DNA of 63,004 nt, filler included, from Stramenopiles sp. TOSAG23-2 (lineage: Eukaryota): the NCBI GenBank assembly GCA_900128395.1. It is 9 parts of 9 records of this genome, joined end to end, with 100 filler letters (N's around TTAATTAATTAA, not from the genome) between each part and the next. Parts side by side here need not be neighbours in the genome. Positions count along the whole stretch, not along the records: positions 34,363 to 42,805 come from LT650204.1; positions 42,906 to 51,347 come from LT650205.1; 7 more parts are not named here. One strand, given 5' to 3'. How positions within the stretch are numbered: position 1 is the stretch's first letter; each line of letters begins with the position of its first letter. The notes below the pieces were generated by a model. It had not been told where the DNA came from and did not search any database. It saw nothing but the letters and a program-made list of their open reading frames with translations. Below are positions 35,081 to 45,900 of the stretch, piece by piece. The translations under genes and the position numbers were made by a program.

Positions 35081-37570
35081 TTAATGGTGAATTGGGATTG
35101 GTGGAACATGAATTGGTGGCAAACCCAATATTTGTGCAAAATACTTTTCGCACATCAAACTGAAATACTCATCCAACGTTTCAGTATCATTCTGAGTCCA
35201 GTATGGTGGCTCTACGACCTCCGTGATTTTCGTATCACCACTGAATAAACCACCAAGGTATTTAGGTGTGGTACTGGTGATTTGAATATCACCCAATGTT
35301 TGAAAAGTAGCATTGATAGAACAATACGCTAAATCAACATAACCGTCCTCATCGACAATATGAAGAAAGCTTAATGTTCTCGCACGACCACCTGTTGTTG
35401 CATTGAAAAGCACATTGTGTTTTGTCCACCCACTTGTGTTTTTGTGTGAGAGCAGTAAAACACTCAACTGTTCAATTATCTTTTCTGCGTTATCAGATAT
35501 CGTCGCCTCTACCATTATTTTTATTGCCTTCATACAATCGTCAGTATTTTTGATACCTGGTATGACATATGCATTAACCGATTCAAAAAATCTTGAAAAT
35601 TCCCCATGGCGGGAGATCCACTTCACAGATGAATGCTCACTGCTAATAAAGTCTGATATTGCACCAGCAATTTTTTTCACTATACCGTTAGTGTTTAAAA
35701 TTGCATTTTCAAACATTTTCATTGCATCTTCGTTTGAGTTATTCTTTGCAATAACAGCATACATGTGGAATTTACTTCCAGGAACTGGAAGTAACAATAT
35801 ATCTGGACGACTTATAATTTTTGCTAGTAAATTTGGAACCTTTATTACATGATTGTGCGCCAACCAACTTGGTGGATGGAAAATTAAGTTCGCATTGATC
35901 AACCCCTTGGCTTTATTTCCACGCTGCCCCTTCAATTGGTTGTACGCTTGTTGATCACAATTCAACTCCATTTGGTTTTGCAAACGTAATGTGTCATTTC
36001 GTGAATATGGCGAGTGTTTCACTGTAATATTTTCGTGGCGTATGCCTTGTTTGTCATACCAGACATTTTTATCCACTTCCATTTTATCGCCATCAAATTT
36101 TGATGATAATGTGCACATCACCAGGTCAAATTTACCCTGTACATATTCAAAGTACGCAGTGTAATAGTTTAATTTGCCTTTTGTCATACTGATAAATGAT
36201 GCTTGGTTCCATCGTGCTTGTTTTTCCGACCCTTCAATCTTCTTTAGCAGTTTCGTTTGCGTTGTATTATCGAAATCATAAAGCGAAATGGTTACAAATT
36301 CTGGCACATCTTGCTTGTCAACAGCCATATCAACTATTGTATTTGTCTCCTGCGCCAAAGATTTTAAACCTTTTTGCAATTTTTCAACAATTTTACTGTC
36401 GGTCGGTTGTAGTAAGGATTTCACTTCCTCTTCAATTTTAGGTTCGATGATATCAATAAGAGCTTCGATTGGTGTCCATTGGATCGGTGCCAATTGATTC
36501 TTACTAGATGAAAGCCCTGGTGATCTTGCAAGATGTTCCTCGTTCTTCATATTTAATCCAACAGCATCAGTGGAGGTATTCTTAATTATACCTTTGGCTA
36601 TTTCAATATATAAAATAGTTTCGATATCAGCCATTTCAGCATTTGTATCTCCACGCGGTATTGTTACCGTAGTGGTCTCACAGTCGACACGGATCCACGT
36701 GTGACAATTTCCAATGAGGCAGTCACATTCACTTACTTGTTGAGTAAGTTGTTTTAGAGTGGCAGTTGCTCTACCAGCTGCAAAAGCAAAACTGATTTGA
36801 TTCGTAGCCATAACTTTCGCTGCTACCATCAATTGTGACATGTTCCCTATCGCAGTGCTAATGGTATTAATGGCAAAGTTTCGTTGTAATAACTGCCCAC
36901 TTGAACCAAGTGTAAGAGGAATTAATGATGCCTCCAAATAATTTTCACCTTTCCATTCTTTCCATTCTTTCGGTAATGATTCAATAACTGTCTCAACACT
37001 TGTAGCTTTGTCAAGCCCTGGGAATACTTGAAATGAAACTTCTAGTGCGGCCATTGGTTGATCAAGCAATGCATCGGCATCGGATGGCATTGCAGTCCCT
37101 GCAATAACGCGAGCCGCGTTGGCAATAGCCTCTGCGGGTGTTGAGGCACTGTTACTATTTGATATAGTTTTGCCAACAACAAACGATGGTTTAGCTTTAA
37201 AAGCATAAGCCATCTCGCAACTTTTGAAATCAGAAGCTAACGTATGTTTTGGAACATATGACTGTACCCAGTTTTCACCTGAGTCGGAATGAACACGTTC
37301 AATTACATGCTTTAGCTCTCTTCGACACTCTGCGTCTGCTAAACACTTCACCTTTACCGGTTCGCAAGCTGGGTTGGCTTCAAGGTCTGCTACTGCGTCT
37401 CTAGCATCGGTGACACCACGAATGTGGTGAACCCTTTCAGAGAAAGGGGTAGGCACGTCACTCGAAGGAGTACTTGTACCTTTTACATCTTTTGCATCAA
37501 CGACCGTAGTGGTTGATAAATAAACGCATGTGATAAATGCACATGCACATAATAATTGTATAAGTTTCAT
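35081..37570 (-). CDS. Secreted protein of unknown function with three diverged ~140-aa repeats
   Basis: 829-aa intronless ORF; signal peptide MKLIQLLCACAFITCVYLSTTTVVDA; several N-x-S/T sites. Confidence 0.75.
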   Translation of the reverse strand: MKLIQLLCACAFITCVYLSTTTVVDAKDVKGTSTPSSDVPTPFSERVHHIRGVTDARDAVADLEANPACEPVKVKCLADAECRRELKHVIERVHSDSGENWVQSYVPKHTLASDFKSCEMAYAFKAKPSFVVGKTISNSNSASTPAEAIANAARVIAGTAMPSDADALLDQPMAALEVSFQVFPGLDKATSVETVIESLPKEWKEWKGENYLEASLIPLTLGSSGQLLQRNFAINTISTAIGNMSQLMVAAKVMATNQISFAFAAGRATATLKQLTQQVSECDCLIGNCHTWIRVDCETTTVTIPRGDTNAEMADIETILYIEIAKGIIKNTSTDAVGLNMKNEEHLARSPGLSSSKNQLAPIQWTPIEALIDIIEPKIEEEVKSLLQPTDSKIVEKLQKGLKSLAQETNTIVDMAVDKQDVPEFVTISLYDFDNTTQTKLLKKIEGSEKQARWNQASFISMTKGKLNYYTAYFEYVQGKFDLVMCTLSSKFDGDKMEVDKNVWYDKQGIRHENITVKHSPYSRNDTLRLQNQMELNCDQQAYNQLKGQRGNKAKGLINANLIFHPPSWLAHNHVIKVPNLLAKIISRPDILLLPVPGSKFHMYAVIAKNNSNEDAMKMFENAILNTNGIVKKIAGAISDFISSEHSSVKWISRHGEFSRFFESVNAYVIPGIKNTDDCMKAIKIMVEATISDNAEKIIEQLSVLLLSHKNTSGWTKHNVLFNATTGGRARTLSFLHIVDEDGYVDLAYCSINATFQTLGDIQITSTTPKYLGGLFSGDTKITEVVEPPYWTQNDTETLDEYFSLMCEKYFAQILGLPPIHVPPIPIHH

Positions 37571-38266
37571 TACGTAATCTTCTTTTCTTTTTTAATTCTT
37601 TTTCTTTCTTTGTTCCTCTTTTTTTGTTTTGGTTTTTAGCACTTCGTCTTTTCCTCGCCGCTTCTTCTTTTGCTTATATATGCATATATATGGTTATTTA
37701 TGTGATTAATGTCCTTTTAGTCATTTTTGATATCCAGTGCGTGATGTTGTTTATATGTTAATTGAAATGAACTCCAGTTCAGGATCAGCTAATTTGGATT
37801 TATGATTGAATATTTAGATTAAATATTTGCATTTTAATACTATTTCCATTGTGAAAATGCAAATATTTTTTTTATTTTGCAAACAAAAAAAATTTGCAAG
37901 CCCTCTTTTTTTTTGCATTTTTTTTATAAAATACTAGCACGTTAGCACTGCACAGGCTAGAGTTATTTATAGTTGCTCTACCTGTACCCATAATATATAA
38001 AATATAATAAATATATATATCCATATAGACAGGAAAACTTGGTATTATACTTTTGGGAAAGTCAATCTCTTTTGAACCGAATAAGTAAACATAGGAAAAA
38101 CACAAATACAATTGATAATAATACACGTACACAGATAACGACAGGCCATATACTGATAACCGTACAACGCGCGTTAAAGAATAATTCCATATTTATTAGA
38201 TTTATTAAATTGTATACTTAGTATAGTTGGTACAGTTTTTAAGTTTTCATAAAGCAAAATTAAACA

Positions 38267-41200
38267 ATGAGTGATATGGATGTGGATAGTACCCACAACA
38301 ATAACAACAATAGCAATAACTACGACGACGTCGACGGCAATGACAATAATGACAATCGTGTCGTCATTAATAATGCTACCGGTAGCAATAGCAATACTAA
38401 CAACAACAACAACAACAACAATAATAATAATAATGCAAATTATACACAAATTAAAGTATATCCCGAAATTATAAAAAATAATGGAATGTTGAAGTTTCAA
38501 CTAAAAACAGATAGTCCAAAAAATATCATTTCTCATATCGAAGATAACGAACATGAATATTTTATACTAAATCGATCAAACGATAAAATTGAAAACTCAA
38601 GATGCAGTTTTTATGTTAATTGGCTGGACAACAAAACAGAAAAGGGAAGTAATGAATTTATTGAGTATCGCATAGTTATTCAGATAGGGAATGAAGATCC
38701 ACAAAAATTTGGAATAATTAAATTATGGTTTAAAAGTAGCTATGAAAGTAACGTAGAATCAATCAAAACTAATAATAAAGTCTTAAATCCATTAAAACTA
38801 GAATTTGATGATTTTACTGTGGTTCTTACTAAACATGAGGAAAACAAAATATTCAAAGGACAAAGGCACACTTCAAATACTCATTCAATTACAATCAAAT
38901 TGAAACGACAACGAAAACAAGAGCTATTAAGAAAAGTTATACGACAAAAAAAACGCCAACGGGATCCACAGGATGAAAATAGTAAAGTAGTATTTAAAGC
39001 AGCTGAAATTGGTACTGCTCCAACTGATAACATAGTTTCACCGGTCGACTTACTAATAAATGATTCTAATAATTTTGAGGAAATAAAAGCAAACCATGGT
39101 GAATTTGGTACATTAAAAGCACGTCAATTAAAAGTTACTAGCGATCCAAATTTTAAATTAATTATGGAAACATGTCCTAATGATATATTAAAATCAGTGA
39201 CCGAAGATTTAGAATTATATATTTATGTATGGCGTGATGAATATGGCAATTTAACTGGCGATATGGATGCCGGGCCAATGGCTGATCAATTATGGGAATT
39301 AAGCCAAAAAATAGGAATACCATTAGTAACATTTCATGATGGTAGTCCAGTAAATTCTGAGGAAGAAATGAAAAATCGGGAGCAAAATGGTAAACATTTA
39401 ATTGTATGCAATAATGCTTTAAATACATTAAATCTTCAATGTATAAAAGAATTGAAAGAACAGCAAGATATATTCCAGGAATTCACAGAGGAGCAAAAGA
39501 AATATGTAGAGCAGTTTTCAATTGAATGTAAAAAGATTCAAACATTGATAAATCAAGTCCAAAAAAATGCCAATGATATTAAAAAGCTTACTGCGCGTCT
39601 TAAAATATTAGAAAACAGTAAAATTGAGAAACATCGTATTGCCAACATGTCATATAATGGTGAAAAGGGGATAATTTTTCTTGCTGTAGATTTTAAAGTG
39701 AGCATTGCAGAAGCCGAGAAAATCAAAAACATAACTGATGCCGAAATATTTCAAGGTACAGTAGATGATTTTAAAACCAAAATACAAACAAATGTGTATA
39801 GATTTGTGCACTTTATTGGTCATGGAAAATTTACAACAGGGGATGTTCCTTTAGGTCTTACATTTATTGATACTAAAAGTAATCCCATGGCATTGGAACG
39901 GATTGATTATAGACCATTTGTAAATATGTTACTCAAAAGTGGTATCACATTATTTACGATGAGTGCATGTGAAACAGCTATTGAAGATTCTAACGTTGTT
40001 CAATATTTTATAGATGAAGGTGGTTTATATTCGTATGGTTTTAAAAAAAAAGTTTCATCTTTTGCTGCACCAATTTTAAGTGTAGATTTTTATTATCAAC
40101 TTTTTGTAAATCAGAAACCACCCAAAGATGCTTTTGAATTTAGTACAATATCTGTAAGTTTAAAGGTAAAAAAACGCGGATTATGGAAAGAAACGAATCT
40201 GACAATTTATGATACAATCTTTGATTTAACAAAGGAAAATCAAGGCGGAGATCCAATTTTCAAAGAAAACGATGAAAAAATCAAAGAAATATACACTGAA
40301 CGTGTAAAAGAATTGAACTTATTGAGAGCATCAAAGGATGATACGTCCTTTTTAAAATTGGTTTTCAAATTTATTGAAAACCAAGAAAACTTTTCAAAAG
40401 TTATTGCTGCTCTAAACAAAAATGATGGGATGGAGATAGAGCGCATTAAACAAGCAATGAAGTTGAATGATGTATTTTTCGAAAATACATCAGTTGAAAG
40501 CATTCCATCTGAAATGATAATTAAGCTTCGGGAAATTTGTGAATCGAAATTATTAGCACAAGATGATTTTACAGAAGAGCAAAAAAAGGAATACAACAAA
40601 TACATGACTGCCATAAACGAAAAACGCAACATTGGCTGTATTCATATAAAAGGATTTGCTGGCACAGGTAAAACGTTTTTTGGTTTACACTTTGTTTGTA
40701 AAATGTTAAATGAAAACTTAAATGCAAATATACTTTTTGTATGTACACAAAATGCATTTGCATATTTTTTTGTACGATGGATATTAATACGTATGTTAAG
40801 TAGGAAAACTAAAGAAGACAACGATGATGAGACCAAAGGAGAAGATGATAATAATAATAATGACACATCTCAAATACAACATGATCCAGACTCGATTTTG
40901 AATCGAGTACATTTTTGTACACGAAAGACTGGAAAAAATCCACACAAAGCAGTACTTCAACGAGATGAACAAGGTAACGTATATTTGAAATTTATAGCAA
41001 TAGAAAAAGGCCAGATGGTTGAAGAATATGATTTAGTTATAGTAGATGAGGCTCATCACATTGTTCGTATAAACGATAAGGTGTGGAAGAAAATATATAG
41101 ACACTTTACCGATGCAATCCAACGCATACTACTTTCTGATGACAATCAAGGACCATCTGTTATAAACGACGTTGAAAAAAATATAATTGATGCATTAGAA

Positions 41201-42805
41201 ATTGATGAAGTGCAACAAGTAGTATTCTCAATTAAGCTACATGACGTTGTCCGTTCAACACAAGCGATTACATTGTTATCCCATCTATTTAGAAAAAACG
41301 TAAATCGACCATTGTGTAAAAAGAAGGAATTTGGTCGTCTCGTTGAACCATTTTTAATAAGTAATTTTGACAATAATACAATAACACAATATATTATGAG
41401 AACTATTGATGCTTTAGCGCATATTAAAGACACTTTTAAAACGAATAAAGATATTGGATGGTTTCAAATAAGTCGTGGTCGTGTTGTGATTATATTACCA
41501 GATAACCATCCTTCATTAATTGTAAATGAGTTTATAAATAATTTGCAAGCTGAAATTAAGAAGAAACGTCTTGAATTAAAATTTGAATTTTTCAATGCTG
41601 AACAATGGTTTGGTAGATTTCCACAATTAGATCATCACACCTCAGTACAAATAGTGGTCGATACAATTTCGAATCAAGATGGTTTAGAATATGATGCAGC
41701 AATTATTGTAGGGTTTGATGAGACAATAGATGATGGTATTGAAGAGTCGGTATTAGATAGGAAGAAAGCATCTGTATATCGTGCTATTACACGTGCAAAA
41801 TTATTTGTTGGGATAGTTGATAAACCGGTACAATATGGACTTTATCATAGTATATGGACAGATATAGAATTGGATAAAAGTCAAATACCAGATTCAGAAA
41901 GAAATAAGCTTTATGAGAAGCAAAGTAAATTGCTGACGAAAATTGAAAATATACCATCAAAAAGTAATTTAAATGAAAACGGGAAGGATGATCATATGGA
42001 TTTAGAAACTACGGATACAGCCACAAAACGGCTAAAAGTAGAATATAATAATAATATTAATAATAAAAAAAACAGTAGTTGGTTGACCTTGTTCAAGAAC
42101 CGAACAAGAAAGATCCATGGTGCTAAGCAGCCCAATGCAAAACGAGGAAAACTTAACGAAGAGCCTATCATAAGTGATAAAATTCAATCAGATTCCCAGA
42201 AATTGATGGAAGGAACTGATGCATTGGCTAAAGTAAAAAAAATAAAACAAGCTTTTATTAATACAAATAATATCCCAGAAGACATCGAGAAAATGATAGG
42301 TACATCGAATCAATCATTATTTAATTCTTTAGAAAATATTACAAATAGTGCTGAAAAACTTGGTGCCCAAAGTAGGCCAGATGCGAAGAAGCTAGTGGAA
42401 GCAACTAAACCAGCAACTATAGTCAGTAAGATTAATCAGGCTTTTATTAATACAAATAATATCCCAGAAAACATCAAGGAAAAGATAGGTCCATCGAATC
42501 AATCATTATTTAATTCTTTAGAAGATATTACAAATAGTGCTGCATATATTAAATGGGAAAAAGAATTTGATGGGAAGACGAACGCGACTTTGAGTCGGAA
42601 AAAAGTCACGGATGAGGATGCATTAACTATTGGTGAATTGTTAAAAACAAACAATACATTAGAATGGTTGCACCTAACTTATAAAAATATTACTGATGTA
42701 CAAAGTATTGGTGAAGGATTAAAAACAAACAAGACATTAAAGAAATTGAACCTATATAATAATAATATTACTGATGTACAAAGTATTGGTGAAGGATTAA
42801 AAACA
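38267..42805 (+). CDS. Multidomain protein: unknown N-terminal domain, peptidase S74 (ICA) module, coiled coil, CHAT protease, SF1/Schlafen-like NTPase, LRRs (3'-truncated)
   Basis: TSDPNFK..LYIYVW..AGPMADQL..VCNNALNTLNLQCIKEL (S74); VHFIGHG and MSACET (CHAT); GFAGTGKT, VIVDEAHH, LSDDNQ, VVRST, QDGLEY, YRAITRA (SF1); LKTNxTLxxLxLxxxNITD (LRR). Confidence 0.8.
42251..42542 (+). repeat. Coding duplication with 189-nt (63-aa) period (QAFINTNNIPE..NQSLFNSLExITNSA)
   Basis: gcttttattaatacaaataatatcccagaa at 42251 and at 42440. Confidence 0.9.
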
Positions 42806-42905
42806 NNNNNNNNNNNNNNNNNNNNNNNNNNNNNNNNNNNNNNNNNNNNTTAATTAATTAANNNNNNNNNNNNNNNNNNNNNNNNNNNNNNNNNNNNNNN
42901 NNNNN

Positions 42906-45900
42906 GGATTGAATAATGTCCACACGCCGCTTCAAGGGGATTTGGATGAGATTGTCGATACTATCATATCGCAACTAGAACCTCGTCAGGAAAGCGGGCA
43001 TGGCCAGCGCCGCTCTAAAATTGTAGCAGGTCTTCGTACTGCTGTACAAGCAGCTGCAAGAAAAATTCGTAAGCTAGTTGCTGCATTCGAAAGGGAAAGA
43101 GAGCGCCGCATGAAAGGTATTACCCTTTGGAACGCCGCTGTGCAACATGGTGCAGTAGAGTTAGATCATGATTTAACTGCGCAACTTGAAATACTGCGTA
43201 GATTTGATGAAAAAGCCGATAAGGCTTGTCGTGATTTGGTCGGCACCCTTCGCTCATTTGCCGATGGGTCGGACACTTTTGTAATGGCCTTGNNNNNNNN
43301 NNNNNNNNNNNNNNNNNNNNNNNNNNNNNNNNNNNNNNNNNNNNNNNNNNNNNNNNNNNNNNNNNNNNNNNNNNNNNNNNNNNNNNNNNNNNCGATGGGT
43401 CGGACTCTTTTGTAATGGCCTTGGGACAAACTGAAATTGCATGTGCAACAGGGATGAAGCAAGCTTCAGATCAAAAAAATCCTGCAGAGCTTGCCAAGGT
43501 GAAACGGGCTAGCAAGAAAAGATTTTTAGCTTTATTTCGGGAATTGAAAATAGCGCTTGAACGGCTTGGTGTTAAAGCAACAAAATCGAAAAATGATTTG
43601 GAAACATCGAGAAAACAAACGCTGGAGCAACGAAAACGAATTCAGCTCATATTAGCTGCTCAACGTGCGGCTGCAGATGAAAGTAATGCAATGGATGAAG
43701 ATTTTGATCACGAAGGAGATATTGAGAAAAAACATGAACATGAAAGAAAGAAACTGGAGAAGAAAATAGAGAACGAGGAGGATGCTCATGTAAAGGCGCT
43801 GGAGAGTAAAATGGAAGCAAAAGCGGCCAAGGAAATGTCTGATGCTCATGCACGGGCGGAGGAGCTTGCAAAAATACACAAAGCTGAATTGGCTAATTCA
43901 AATATAAGCGAAGCCCTGCAAAACAAATTATTGTCTCAGATGGATAAAGATCGTGATGCAATGGCGCATATGTTGGAAGAACAACGGCATCGACAAGCAG
44001 CGGCGATGAAGGCTAGATTAGCTGAACGAAGGATCAAGCGAAAAAAAGATCAGGAAAAACGCCATGAAGTTGAAAAATCTGAGGAGGAACTAATTTCGAA
44101 CCATGAAAGGAACGTTGAAGATCTAAAGAGACAACAGCAAGAAGAATATCAATCTTTACATGATACATTAAGCAAAGAAGAAAAAGCCACCGTTGAAAAT
44201 TATATGGCCAGGGATGCGGATGACGAGTTTCAAATTGGAAATTGGAAGCCCATGGAGAGAGCTTGGATCAAAGTAGACGAGCGGAGCGTGAACGTCTGCT
44301 TCGTAAGTTAGAACTGAAAAAGATGCAGTTGCAAAAAAAGAAAGAAGCCCAAGCGTTAATTGCTGATGCAAAAGGGCGTGGGGACGATGCTGCTGTGCAA
44401 CGCATTCAAGATCAATACAAACATGACATGAACAATTTAAGGGCCAGTGCAGATGCCGAAAAACGAAGGCAACAAGAGGCTCTTGCAAATAGATTAAAAC
44501 GAAGACGGGATGCTAAGACAAGGGAGCTGAGGCGTAAGCATGAAAGTGAGTTGAATAACGTGAAACGCGGGCATGTCGAGGAAGCTAATAATTTACAACA
44601 AACATTAGAGGAGGATGACAATTTACAAAAAGCAATTGAAGAGGCAAAGAAAGATGCTCTAGAGGATAGTGCTATCTCAAACGGAAAAGAGGAATTATTA
44701 TCGCTTGTAGATGAGCAAGCCAAAATGAGGGATGCGATACAAAAACGCCATGACCAGGAAGCATCTCGTTTGGAAGAGGAATCGGAAGTGGAAGCAGTTG
44801 TTGAGCAATTGGATCATGAGCAAGACATTGCATTGGCTCAGATGAAATTAGAAGCAGATATGCAAGCAGCAAAGGGCACTATCGATGGGGCCAGGCAAGA
44901 AGCCCGGAAAAAGATGCTTGAAAAAATATCGAAGCAAAGGGAAGTTGCTAAACAAAAGGCAAAAGATCTTGAAGGCAAGCAAAAGACATATATCGAGGCG
45001 CAGGGCAAAATGAACGAGGACGCCAAGGCATCAGCGCTTCAAAAATTGAAAGAGTTGGAAAGGCGTCAGGAGGCGATGGAAAATGAAATATCAAAAGGAT
45101 TACAGCATTTTGAAGCTGATGTCTCCAAATTTCGCGATCAAACGCAAGGGGAACATATGAGAAAGAGAAATATGTTGAAGCAAAAGTTAGAGATGAAGCG
45201 GCAGAGGAAGGAAGCGGTAGCGTTGAAAGAACAAAAATTAAGAGAAGAAGTCAAAGCTAGGGCAGCAGAAATGGATGAAGAGGAGAGGGTAAGGAAGGAA
45301 TCGGAGCTGCAGAAAGCACAAAATGAGCGTCGCTTGTTGGAGCAAGAGGTGTTGAAGCAGCAAGCTGCCTTTGAGTCTGAATCCGAAAAAGCTCGTTCAC
45401 AGATTAAAGACAAGCGAGATCGACAACGTGATCGAATGCTAGAAAAATTAGAAAAGAAACGAAGGGCTGCGGCGGCGGAACGGAGACGGTTGGAGAAAGA
45501 AGAAGCGGCTGCGAAGCAACGGGCAATAGAACAGGCAAAAATGGAACAAGAAAGGTTATCACAGGCGGGAGAGAACAACGAAAATGTCATTACCGCATTG
45601 CAATCAAAATTAGAAGGTGAAATAATGCGGCATAAAGCTGATCAAAGTAATAAAAAAGACGCTAGAAGAAAACGAATGCAAGAGCGGCTGAAAGCGAAAA
45701 GGGCTAAAAAAGCATTGGAGTTAAAAAAAGCACAACACGAGGAGATGCAGGAGGAAATGAGAGAACAAGAAAAAGAAAGGCACGAGCAAGAAGCAAAAAC
45801 ATCAAAAGAGGTAGAGGCCAAAATGCTTGAAGGTATTATGATTCGAGGTGCGGATGAAAATAGGATTGACGAAGCAATTGAAATAGTCATGCATGATCGT

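Noticed and set aside
43293-43392. 100-N gap (and 59099-59167) as missing coding sequence
   Set aside because: Both sides carry the same sequence, suggesting overlapping contig ends.
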